Below, piece after piece: positions 52,201 through 64,000 of a stretch of DNA of 64,000 nucleotides (the stretch's first letter is position 1; every line of letters starts with the position of its first letter). A model generated the notes under the pieces. That model searched no databases. It saw only the letters and a list, made by a program, of their open reading frames with translations, and was not told the DNA's origin. The DNA comes from Neoechinorhynchus agilis (lineage: Eukaryota; Animalia; Acanthocephala): positions 11,324,784 through 11,388,783 of the forward strand of contig CM121341.1 in the NCBI GenBank assembly GCA_051530055.1, given 5' to 3'. Both the position numbers and the translations under genes were made by a program.

Positions 52201-55200
52201 ACGAACAACCTTCTAGAATGGCACACGAGATTGTGCTTCTGAAATCGATTGAATTCAATAAATCACTTAATTTTACCCACCATATAAAAACATGAATAAT
52301 TTGATCTTCAAAGAGATCCAACTTTGTTTTTATAAATCGGATAAATGACGAAATTTATTGAATCAGATATTTCGGAAGCATAATTATTGAAATACGAACA
52401 ACCTTCTGGAATGGCACACGAGATTGTGCTTCTGAAATCAATTGAATTCAATAAATCACTTCATTTTACCCGCCATATAAAAACATGAATAATTTGATCT
52501 TCAAAGAGATCCAATTTTGTTTTTATATATCTGATAAATGTCGAAATTTATTGAATCAGATATTTCGGAAGCATAATTATTGAAATACGAACAACCTTCT
52601 GGAATGGCACACGAGATTGTGCTTCTGAAATCAATTGAATTCAATAAATCACTTCATTTTACCCCCCATATAAAAACATGAATAATTTGATCTTCAAAGA
52701 GATCCAACTTTGTTTTTATATATATGATAAATGACGAAATTTATTGAATCAGATATTTCGGAAGCATAATTATTGAAATACGAACAACCTTCTGGAATGG
52801 CACACGAGATTGTGCTTCTGACATCAATTGAATTCAATAATCACTTAATTTTACCCACCATATAAAAACATGAATAATTTGACTTTCAAAGAGATCCCAC
52901 AACTTTGTATTTTTTGCAAAGTCTGGATAAATGACGAAATTTATTGAATCAGATATTTCGGAAGCATAATTATTGAAATACGAACAACCTCTGGAATGGC
53001 ACACGAGATTGTGCCACCAGTTCTAATTGAATTCAATAAATCACTTCATTTTACCCCGCCATATAAAAACATGAATAATTTGATCTTCAAAGAGATCCAA
53101 CTTTGTTTTTATATATCTGATAAATGACGAAATTTATTGAATCAGATATTTCGGAAGCATAATTATTGAAATACGAACAACCTTCTGGAATGGCCCACGA
53201 GATTGTGCTTCTGAAACCAATCGAATTCAATAAATCACTTCATTTACCCGCCATATAAAAACATGAATAATTTGATCTTCAAAGAGATCCAACTTTGTTT
53301 TTATATATCTGATAAATGACGAAATATATTGAATCAGATATTTCGGAAGCATAATTATTGAAATACGAACAACCTTCTGGAATGGCACACGAGATTGTGC
53401 TTCTGAAATCAATTGAATTCAATAAATCACTTCATTTTACCCGCCATATAAAAACATGAATAATTTGATCTTCAAAGAGATCCAATTTTGTTTTTATATA
53501 TCCGATAAATGACGAAATTTATTGAATCAGATATTTCGGAAGCATAATTATTGAAATACGAACAACCTTCTGGAATGGCACACGAGATTGTGCTTCTGAA
53601 ATCGATTGAATTCAATAAATCACTTCATTTTACCCGCCATATAAAAACATGAATAATTTGATCTTCAAAGAGATCCAACTTTGTTTTTATATATCTGATA
53701 AATAACGAAATTTATTGAATCAGATATTTCGGAAGCATAATTATTGAAATACGAACAACCTTCTGGAATGGCACACGAGATTGTGCTTCTGAAATCAATT
53801 GAATTCAATAAATCACTTCATTCTACCCGCCATATAAAAACATGAATAATTTAATCTTCAAAGAGATCCAACTTTGTTTTTATATATCTGATAAATGACG
53901 AAATTTATTGAATCAGATATTTCGGAAGCATAATTATTGAAATACGAACAACCTTCTGAATGGCACACGAGATTGTGCTTCTGAAATCAATTGAATTCAA
54001 TAAATCACTTCATTTTACCCGCCATATAAAAACATGAATAATTTTATCTTCAAAGAGATCCAACTTTGTTTTTATATATCTGATAAATAACGAAATTTAT
54101 TGAATCAGATATTTCGGAAGCATAATTATAGAAATACGAACAACCTTCTAGAATGGCACACGAGATTGTGCTTCTGAAATCAATTGAATTCAATAAATCA
54201 CTTCATTCGCTATATAAAAACATGAATAATTTAATCTTCAAAGAGATCCAACTTTGTTTTTATATATCTGATAAATGACGAAATTTATTGAATCAGATAT
54301 GCCGGAAGCATAATTATTGGAAATACGAACAACCTTCTAGAATGGCACACGAGATTGTGCTCTGGAAATAAATTGAATTCAATAAATCACTTCGTTTTAC
54401 CCGCCATATAAAAACATGAATAATTTGATCTTCAAAGAGATCCAACTTTGTTTTTATATATCTGATAAATAACGAAATTTATTGAATCAGATATTTCGGA
54501 AGCATAATTATAGAAATACGAACAACCTTCTAGAATGGCACACGAGATTGTGCTTCTGAAATAAATTGAATTCAATAAATCACTTCATTTTACCCGCCAT
54601 ATAAAAACATGAATAATTTGATCTTCAAAGAGATCCAACTTTGTTTTTATATATCTGATAAAAAACGAAATTTATTGAATCAGATATTTCGGAAGCATAA
54701 TTATTGAAATACGAACAACCTTCTAGAATGGCACACGAGATTGTGCTTCTGAAATAAATTGAATTCAATAAATCACTTCGTTTTACCCGCCACATAAAAA
54801 CATGAATAATTTGATCTTCAAAGAGATCCAACTTTGTTTTTATATATCTGATAAATAACGAAATTTATTGAATCAGATATTTCGGAAGCATAATTATAGA
54901 AATACGAACAACCTTCTAGAATGGCACACGAGATTGTGCTTCTGAAATAATTGAATTCAATAAATCACTTCATTTTACCCGCCATATAAAAACATGAATA
55001 ATTTGATCTTCAAAGAGATCCAACTTTGTTTTTATATATCTGATAAATGACGAAATTTATTGAATCAGATATTTCGGAAGCATAATTATTGAAATACGAA
55101 CAACCTTCTGGAATGGCACACGAGATTGTGCTTCTGAAATCGATTGAATTCAATAAATCACTTCATTTTACCCGCCATATAAAAACATGAATAATTTGAT

Positions 55201-58200
55201 CTTCAAAGAGATCCAACTTTGTTTTTATATATCTGATAAATAACGAAATTTATTGAATCAGATATTTCGGAAGCATAATTACTGAAATACGAACAACCTT
55301 CTAGAATGGCACACGAGATTGTGCTTCTGAAATAAATTGAATTCAATAAATCACTTCGTTTTACCCGCCATATAAAAACATGAATAATTTGATCTTCAAA
55401 GAGATCCAACTTTGTTTTTATATATCTGATAAATAACGAAATTTATTGAATCAGATATTTCGGAAGCATAATTATTGAAATACGAACAACCTTCTGGAAT
55501 GGCACACGAGATTGTGCTTCTGAAATCAATTGAATTCAATAAATCACTTCATTTTACCCGCCATATAAAAACATGAATAATTTGATCTTCAAAGAGATCC
55601 AATTTTGTTTTTATATATCTGATAAATAACGAAATTTATTGAATCAGATATTTCGGAAGCATAATTATAGAAATACGAACAACCTTCTAGAATGGCACAC
55701 GAGATTGTGCTTCTGAAATCGATTGAACTCAATAAATCACATCGTTTTACCCGCCATATAAAAACATGAATAATTTGATCTTCAAAGAGATCCAATTTTG
55801 TTTTTATATATCTGATAAATGACGAAATTTATTGAATCAGATATTTCGGAAGCATAATTATTGAAATACGAAAAACCTTCTAGAATGGCACACGAGATTG
55901 TGCTTCTGAAATCGATTGAACTCAATAAATCACATCGTTTTACCCGCCATATAAAAACATGAATAATTTGATCTTCAAAGAGATCCCATTTTTGTTTTTA
56001 TATATCTGATAAATGACGAAATTTATTGAATCAGATATTTCGGAAGCATAATTATTGAAATACGAAAAACCTTCTAGAATGGCACACGAGATTGTGCTTC
56101 TGAAATAAATTGAATTCAATAAATCACTTCGTTTTACCCGCCATATAAAAACATGAATAATTTGATCTTCAAAGAGATCCAATTTTGTTTTTATATATAT
56201 GATAAATGACGAAATTTATTGAATCAGATATTTCGGAAGCATAATTATTGAAATACGAACAACCTTCTGGAATGGCCCACGAGATTGTGCTTCGAAAACA
56301 ATTGAATTCAATAAATCACTTAATTTGACCCACCATATAAAAACATGAATAATTTGATCTTCAAAGAGATCCAACTTTGTTTTTATAAATCGGATAAATG
56401 ACGAAATTTATTGAATCAGATATTTCGGAAGCATAATTATTGGAAATACGAACAACCTTCTGGAATGGCACACGAGATTGTGCTTCTGAAATCAATTGAA
56501 ATTCAATAAATCACTTCATTTTACCCGCCATATAAAAACATGAATAATTTGATCTTCAAAGAGATCCAACTTTGTTTTTATATATCTGATAAATGACGAA
56601 ATTTATTGAATCAGATATTTCGGAAGCATAATTATTGGAATACGAACAACCTTCTGGAATGGCACACGAGATTGTGCTTCTGAAATCAATTGAATTCAAT
56701 AAATCACTTCATTTTACCCGCCATATAAAAACATGAATAATTTGATCTTCAAAGAGATCCAACTTTGTTTTTATATATCTGATAAATGACGAAATTTATT
56801 GAATCAGATATTTCGGAAGCATAATTAGCTGGAAATACGAACAACCTTCTGGAATGGCACGAGATTGTGCTTCTGAAATCAATTGAATTCAATAAATCAC
56901 TTCATTTTACCCGCCATATAAAAACATGAATAATTTGATCTTCAAAGAGATCCAATTTTGTTTTTATATATCTGATAAATGACGAAATTTATTGAATCAG
57001 ATATTTCGGAAGCATAATTATTGAAATACGAATAACCTTCTGGAATGGCACACGAGATTGTGCTTCTGAAATCAATTGAATTCAATAAATCACTTCATTT
57101 TACACGCCACATAAAAACGTGAATAATTTGATCTTCAAAGAGATCCAACTTTGTTTTTATATATCTGATAAATAACGAAATTTATTGAATCAGATATTTC
57201 GGAAGCATAATTATTGAAATACGAACAACCTTCTAGAATGGCACACGAGATTGTGCTTCTGAAATAAATTGAATTCAATAAATCACTTTCTGGAATGGCA
57301 CACGAGATTGTGCTTCTGAAATCAATTGAATTCAATAAATCACTTCATTTTACCCGCCATATAAAAACATGAATAATTTGATCTTCAAAGAGATCCAACT
57401 TTGTTTTTATATATCTGATAAATGACGAAATTTATTGAATCAGATATTTCGGAAGCATAATTATTGAAATACGAACAACCTTCTGGAATGGCACACGAGA
57501 TTGTGCTTCTGAAATCAATTGAATTCAATAAATCACTTCATTTTACCCGCCATATAAAAACATGAATAATTTGATCTTCAAAGAGATCCAACTTTGTTTT
57601 TATATATCTGATAAATAACGAAATTTATTGAATCAGATATTTCGGAAGCATAATTATTGAAATACGAACAACCTTCTGGAATGGCACACGAGATTGTGCT
57701 TCTGAAATCAATTGAATTCAATAAATCACTTCATTTTACCCGCCATATAAAAACATGAATAATTTGATCTTCAAAGAGATCCAACTTTGTTTTTATATAT
57801 CTGATAAATGACGAAATTTATTGAATCAGATATTTCGGAAGCATAATTATTGAAATACGAACAACCTTCTGGAATGGCACACGAGATTGTGCTTCTGAAA
57901 TCAATTGAATTCAATAAATCACTTCATTTTACCCGCCATATAAAAACATGAATAATTTGATCTTCAAAGAGATCCAACTTTGTTTTTATATATCTGATAA
58001 ATGACGAAATTTATTGAATCAGATATTTCGGAAGCATAATTATTGAAATACGAACAACCTTCTGGAATGGCACACGAGATTGTGCTTCTGAAATCAATTG
58101 AATTCAATAAATCACTTCATTTTACCCGCCATATAAAAACATGAATAATTTGATCTTCAAAGAGATCCAACTTTGTTTTTATATATCTGATAAATAACGA

Positions 58201-59040
58201 AATTTATTGAATCAGATATTTCGGAAGCATAATTATTGAAATACGAACAACCTTCTGGAATGGCACACGAGATTGTGCTTCTGAAATCAATTGAATTCAA
58301 TAAATCACTTCATTTTACCCGCCATATAAAAACATGAATAATTTGATCTTCAAAGAGATCCAACTTTGTTTTTATATATCTGATAAATAACGAAATTTAT
58401 TGAATCAGATATTTCGGAAGCATAATTATTGAAATACGAACAACCTTCTGGAATGGCACACGAGATTGTGCTTCTGAAATCAATTGAATTCAATAAATCA
58501 CTTCATTTTACCCGCCATATAAAAACATGAATAATTGACTTATCCAACTTTGTTTTTATATATCTGATAAATACGAAATTTATTGAATCAGATATTTCGG
58601 AAGCATAATTATTGAAATACGAACAACCTTCTGGAATGGCACACGAGATTGTGCTTCTGAAATAATTGAATTCAATAAATCACTTCTTTTACCCGCCATA
58701 TAAAAACATGAATAATTTGATCTTCAAAGAGATCCAACTTTGTTTTTATATATCTGATAAATAACGAAATTTATTGAATCAGATATTTCGGAAGCATAAT
58801 TATTGAAATACGAACAACCTCTGGAATGGCACACGAGATTGTGCTTCTGAAATCAATTGAATTCAATAAATCACTTCATTTTACCCGCCATATAAAAACA
58901 TGAATAATTTGATCTTCAAAGAGATCCAACTTTGTTTTTATATATCTGATAAATGACGAAATTTATTGAATCAGATATTTCGGAAGCATAATTATTGAAA
59001 TACGAACAACCTTTCTAGAGTGGCACACGATATTGTGCTT
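49230..59040. repeat. 193-bp satellite, about 51 copies (9.8 kb), highly homogeneous, with nested inverted repeats in each monomer
   Basis: AGATCCAAC at 49231, 49424 and onward. Internal inverted pairs TGTTTTTATAT/ATATAAAAACA and ATATCTGAT/ATCAGATAT; palindrome ATTGAATTCAAT. Confidence 0.98.
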
Positions 59041-59340
59041 TCAACGGTATTTCGTCCGCTTTGGTCCTGCGTCGTCGGCGATAATGGATTCGAACCCTTT
59101 GACCCTTAAATGGGGATTCGTAGCCCAAGTTCACTGGACCACCTTTACGAAGCTACAAAATGTAGAAACTCAGCCGACGAATTCGCTTTGCTCAACCGCA
59201 TGTTTTATGGTTTATGCGATTGCCAGCCGAACTTCTGTGTTTTCCCTGAACCAGACCGGTGGGCTGTGTGCCCAAGGAAGATTTTCAGCCGTGGAAAAAG
59301 GCCGCACATTGATACTTATGTAAAGCTATTTGATTCAAGT
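59033..59340 (+). mobile_element. Possible degenerate 3' end of a CR1/L2/Jockey-type LINE ORF2
   Basis: QRYFVR...LDHLYEATKCRNSADEFALLNRMFYGLCDC loosely resembles LINE C-termini (VQR.FTR...LPSL..RR..ADL..LYKI..G..DC). Frameshifted. Confidence 0.3.
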
Positions 59341-59539
59341 TGGTGACGTGACTGAAGAAGATTTTCACGGAAGAAACGATTAGAAATCACTTACGTCAGC
59401 GCTTCCGATTTTTTCGGTTCCATCGGTGCTTGTAACCTTCGTTATTCCTGGCGTCTCATAAGTTTATGAGTATTCGCACAGAGGCGAAAGTTATCCGGTA
59501 GTTGGTAAGTTGAAATTATCCTGATGGGTATATTTATAA

Positions 59540-59725
59540 ATTGGAGTAGTGGGTATCATAATCCACCCCAGGATTAAACGTGTTTTATTGGATTGAGAGA
59601 TATTTCGAATGAGGAAACCTCATCAGGGCGTCCTTTTTGGTCATTGATTTGGCCCGGGTTCACCACAACGCTATCATCCCGAAGGTTATTTCACTCGCTC
59701 TCGATGATTAAAATTTAGAATGCTT
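59540..59725. repeat. Two diverged copies of the 350-bp-satellite module in opposite orientations
   Basis: Minus-strand copy CTGATGAGGTTTCCTCATTCGAAATATCTCTCAATCCAATAAAACACGTTTAATCCTGGGG (59626-59565) and plus-strand copy CACCACAACGCTATCATCCCGAAGG...CTCGCTCTCGATGATTAAA (59661-59712). Confidence 0.75.
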
Positions 59726-59789
59726 CATAAAAAAACAACCAAATGAATTTTTTAACCAATTTTACAAACATTTACGAATAGTCACGCCA

Positions 59790-61322
59790 CCGCTCTGGAT
59801 CATTCAGCTGCCTCCTGGTGTAGTGGTCGAAAGGACGGATGCAGCGTCTCCTCGCTGAAGGGCAGACTTATGTTTTGTAGGATAATGCTCCTGCCCTCGG
59901 ATCTTCGGCGATTCGTCTCAGTCTCTTAGACAACCAAACGACCAGAGCTTCTCGATGCCAAAGGAAGCAAAATAATGATTTCGACTCGTCGTTTTGCGAG
60001 CCTCGGCGACGGTAGCTGTTCCCCCTTCGGTTTAACAGTGGAGATTTTTATGTTGCTAACTGTGAGCATCCCAGAGATCTCGCCCGTGAACTGCGACCAT
60101 CGAGTCGGCAAAGATTGCTCGGCTTTAGGATGTTGGGGCGCATTCCCAATATTCAGGGCACGGCTAAGAATTGCATTCACTTCTGCGTGTCGTGAGTACC
60201 TTCCATCTGATTGCCGACAGACGAGACAATGGCGTCCCGATGGTTCCACAGTCGCTTGTTTGCGGCCATTGACTGATACCTGCTCGCACCAAAGATTATG
60301 CGCCTCCACGAAATCTTCCTCCAAAGTGTAATTCTCGCCAAGAACGGATTGAATTATTTTGCAGCTTGCTTCATAAGATCCCAAATAAGCTGGCAGAGAA
60401 ATATCGGCTGACCAAAACCGCAGGACGACACAGGCAAGGACGCTTGATGCCAGGCCTCGTCCGACAGCTGAGAATTTAAAATTTTCTCGAGATAGGCTTT
60501 CATCGTCTCGTCTAATTTTGCTAGCTTATCGTTATGTCTAAAAAATGTGCTGCGCGTAGCTTATTCAGCAGTTTTGGAATTTAGAAGTGTTCTTGATCTA
60601 TAACAGAGCCTCATGTGAAGACAATTCATCAACTCGTTCGCACAGCACCGAAAGTTGCGGTTGAAGATCTCGCATCGTCCAGGTACCAGCCGTTAAAACT
60701 GGACTGGAGAGACTGCGCGACGGGATTAACTGCTAGTGAGGAGGCTATTGAGCCTAAAGGATCCCCTCGTTGAACTCCTCTTTCTTACCACAAAACGTGG
60801 TTATTGAACAACAAGGGAGTTGAAGTCCCATTGGCATTAACGAAATAGCGAAATGCTTCTGGTGCGTGATCTCATTTTGAAATCACATTTTAAGATCACG
60901 CACGGCTGTAAGTTTCCAGTGATGAACGTACGGAGTGAATGAACAATCGCCTCTGCGCCACAAGGTGTACAGCAGCCCAACTGAGTAGGGCGAAGGTGTA
61001 TCCATACTTTTTATGCGATCTTTTTATTTAAATTTTTGCTGTTAAACGGCGCAGAGTTGTTCCAATTGCAATGAGACAAATCCCACCTTTCTCTTTCGCG
61101 GGGGCACACAAAGATGTGTCGAAAAATAACTCCATTGCTTTCGAAATCAACTCTTCCCCTGCAAATTGGTCGACTAAGCGTGCCAAAGCAACTTGAAGGG
61201 ACTGGGCAGCGTCGCCTACCGAAAAGGAAGTCATATCTTTTAGGTTTTGGGACCGGAGCCCGTCAAGCCCGTGAGCTGATACGTTAGCGACCGCCGTCAC
61301 TGGGATGTTTTATAACGAAGAG
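59790..61322 (-). mobile_element. Degenerate, internally deleted CRE-clade non-LTR retrotransposon (RT, zinc knuckle, RLE remnants)
   Basis: GLDGLRSQNLKDM...FFDTSLCAPAKEKGGICLIAIGTTLRRLTAK; LRPTQLG...GAEAIVHSLRTF...ILKCDF; GVQRGDPLGS...FNGWYLDD (YLDD at 60685-60674); HCLVC...GRYSRHAEVNAILSRAL; QNISL...LQRGDAASVL. Many stops and frameshifts. Confidence 0.88.
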
Positions 61323-61675
61323 TTCCCAAAGGATTTCCTCTCTCGCTCTCATTGATTAAAGAATGCTTAACAAACTGGAAAATCAGTGCGAACTCCAAAA
61401 TGTGGTTCAAATACCATCGAGAAATATTGGCAAAATGCCATTAGGTAAAAAGATGGATCGCATTTTAATATTGAAGCACAAAAAGATTTCGAATATAGTT
61501 AAAGTTCGCTTCATTAATCGATGACAAAAGAGCTTTTCGATATACGACTACTTGTTTCAATTATAACGCTAAGAATCTTTTATTTTCGAAACAATGACTG
61601 ATGAGATGAGACTTCTTCTAAATATCTCAATACGTTTTATCCGGGGATGTGGATTATGAGTACCACAACTCTTTC
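61323..61675 (+). repeat. Isolated single monomer of the 350-bp satellite directly upstream of SMU1
   Basis: TTCCCAAAGGATTTCCTCTCTCGCTCTC...GACTGATGAGATGAGACTTCTTCTAAATATCTCAATACGTTTTATCCGGGGATG is near-identical to array units. Confidence 0.93.
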
Positions 61676-61730
61676 ATTATCTACCAATTCGGATCTCATT
61701 TCTTTTGCAAGAACGCATTTTTTCAGATAA

Positions 61731-63994
61731 ATGGAAATTGAAGCAGCGGAGTATGTTTACTAGCAGATAATGAAAAATATTTATCCATCTCATTCATTTC
61801 TCGTAGCATCATCCGGCTCATCCAACAATACTTTAAGGAAAATAATTTACCCGAAAGTTTCCGTACTCTTGAGGTGCTCAAATAGCTTCTCGTTCGATAT
61901 TTTATTTTCCTAAAAATTTAGAAAGAAACGGGAGTTTATTTGAACACCGTTGATTCAATTGAAACTTTTGTTTCCGACATTGAGAATGGTCGTTGGGACG
62001 CTGTGTTATCTGAACTGAAAAACCTGAGACTTCCAAATGCAAAGCTTGTCGATTTATACGAACAGGTTTACATGGGGAATTGGTGTTAAACATCCGCTTA
62101 TTCTAAATAGCACAGATAGCTCTTGAACTTATCGAACTGCGGGAAATCGGGGCTGCTCGTCCGTTGATTCGACAGACCGAGCCGATGCAACTTCTAAAAT
62201 CCACTCAGCCTCAGAGGTATAATCACCTCGAAAATCTGTTGATTCGATCTCATTTCGATCCTAAGGAGGTATTCGAGAACCCTGATCTCTTTGACACGAT
62301 TGAGACAGCTCATTAGGCTTATCCGGATAATCAAACAAAGGAGACCCGAAGACACCAAATCGCAAATGATCTGGCGTCCAGTGTTTCTATCGCTCCGCCA
62401 TCTCGTCTACTTTGTCTGCTTGGTCAAGCCCTTAAGTTCCAGCAAAGCCATGGCATATTGCCTCCTGGATCTTCTCTTGATATCTTCCATGGAAAAACCA
62501 GCACCGCATTCAGTGACGAAGAGATTTACCCGTCAATGTTGAGCGCAACAATCAAAGTACGCCAAATCAAACTTATCGGCAAAAATGTTTTTGGCAGCCG
62601 AATAAATACGCAATTTAAAGAAGCTGTATTTATACGGGTTTTTTAACTTACTTCCATGATTATGGTGGAAATTTAGCAAATATGCTAATATTTTAGCAGC
62701 ACTCATTTTCGCATTTGTTAACACACAAATCTTATCAAAATTATGAGACTTAGTTTTAATTTTAAAAAAATTATGCGTTTTTAATCGTGCCCATAAAAGC
62801 CGATCTATTTATTTTTGCATGAAACTGCCATTGAACAAAATAGTTTTGTGAAATTAAATGCGATTGCAATAACTATTCATTATTTCTAGTTCGGATCAAA
62901 GTCAAACGCCGAGAGTGCAGAATTCTCCCCAGACGGTCAATACTTTGTCACTGGTTCTCTTGATGGATTTATTGAAGTTTGGAATTACACCACGGGAAAG
63001 CTAAGAAGAGACCTACAATATCAAGCGGATGAACGCTACATGCTAATGGATGCTGCTGTGCTTTGTTTGGCATTCAGTTTCGATTCGGAAATGTTGATTA
63101 GTGGATCCAGGAATGGGCACATCCGTGTTTGGCGCATAACCAGTGGGCAGTGCCTTCGAAAGTTTGACTGCGCTCACTCCAAAGGGGTGACTGCCGTGCA
63201 GTTTTCGAAAGATAATTCTCAAATCTTAAGTTCATCGTACGACGGGACTATCAGGTTTGTATTTGTAGTTTTTTGTAACCTAAAAGCGACCTTAAAAATC
63301 ATAGATTACACGGTATAAGATCTGGCAAACTGCTAAAGGAGTTTAAGGGCCATTCTTCTTTTGTAAATACCGTTTTGTTCAGTTCGGACGGATGTTCGAT
63401 CATTAGCGGGAGTGCTGATGGAACAGTTAAGATATGGAATGTCAGAGGCACTCAAGAATGCACAGCTACGTTTCGTCCCGTCGGTCTCCAATCGAGCACT
63501 AGTACAATTGTCGACGTAAGCGTCACTCAAATCCACCTTTATCCCAGGAGTACCAATGGATCAAGTGGTAGCGATCAGTTCGCCGTTTGTAATAAATCCA
63601 ACTCGATTATTATCATGAATTGGGAAGGACAGGTAACAACTAACTGTGTGGATCTAATATATTTGAAGTGTGAAAAATCGCGCTTATTTAGATTATCAAA
63701 AACCTTGTGAGTGGAAAACCAGAGAGCTCCGACTTTATATGCTGTTGCATCTCTCCACGCGGAGGATGGATATACTGCGCAGCTGAAGACATGATGATGT
63801 ATTGCTTCTCAATGGAGACTGGAAAACTCGAGAAAACATTAAGCGTAAATTTTAGTTGTGTTTTTCACGAATTCCTTACAACGAGCGGTGTTTAGGTTCA
63901 TTGTAAGCCGATCATCGGCATGGTTCATCATCCCCATCAGAATATTATTGCTACTTTCTCAGAAGATGGAACTGTAAAATTCTGGAAGTCGTAA
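61731..63994 (+). CDS. SMU1: WD40 spliceosomal protein SMU1, complete, nine exons
   Basis: MEIEAAD|[14 protein letters not shown]...[23 protein letters not shown]...DLYEQ|[15 protein letters not shown]...[17 protein letters not shown]...[35 protein letters not shown]...[22 protein letters not shown]. All introns GT-AG, mostly 48-59 nt, one ~334 nt. Confidence 0.96.
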
Positions 63995-64000
63995 TTAATG

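Noticed and set aside
50379-57335. Many near-identical 68-aa ORFs
   Set aside because: They are translations of the 193-bp monomer (not a multiple of 3) starting at TTG; no coding signature.
49230-59040. Hammerhead ribozyme in the 193-bp satellite
   Set aside because: Only the GAAA-UAUC half is present. No CUGANGA with a closing stem was found on either strand.
59347-59400. Another hammerhead-like string (GACGTGA CTGAAGA...GAAA...ACGTC)
   Set aside because: Stem II and stem III cannot be closed cleanly; at best a decayed relic.

Overview
Eukaryotic (invertebrate animal, taxon not assignable from this window) AT-rich genomic DNA with short 45-60 nt introns. Nine host genes can be modelled: RBM22, a secreted orphan with many dibasic sites, an even-skipped/Evx homeobox gene, a PAR/giant-like bZIP, a divergent ZNF106-like WD40 gene, a Na+/K+-ATPase alpha subunit, a divergent cullin, SNAP29 and SMU1. 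They sit in islands between six unrelated tandem arrays (about 81, 152, 123, 188, 350 and 193 bp units, roughly 24 kb in total). The most striking signal is RNA-level. Every unit of the 188-bp array carries a minimal type I hammerhead ribozyme core (CUGAAGA - paired stem II - GAAA), as in non-LTR retrozymes and newt/schistosome/cricket ribozyme satellites. The 350-bp array carries a decayed version of such a core, while dispersed relatives keep GAAA intact. A Penelope-like fragment carries hammerhead-like cores in inverted terminal repeats, and several foldback elements look like inverted pairs of such termini. CRE-clade non-LTR retrotransposon sequences are embedded in or next to two different satellite families. 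Most host start codons are immediately preceded by a 3' splice-site-like AG. All ribozyme calls come from manual motif and pairing inspection, not folding software or assays.
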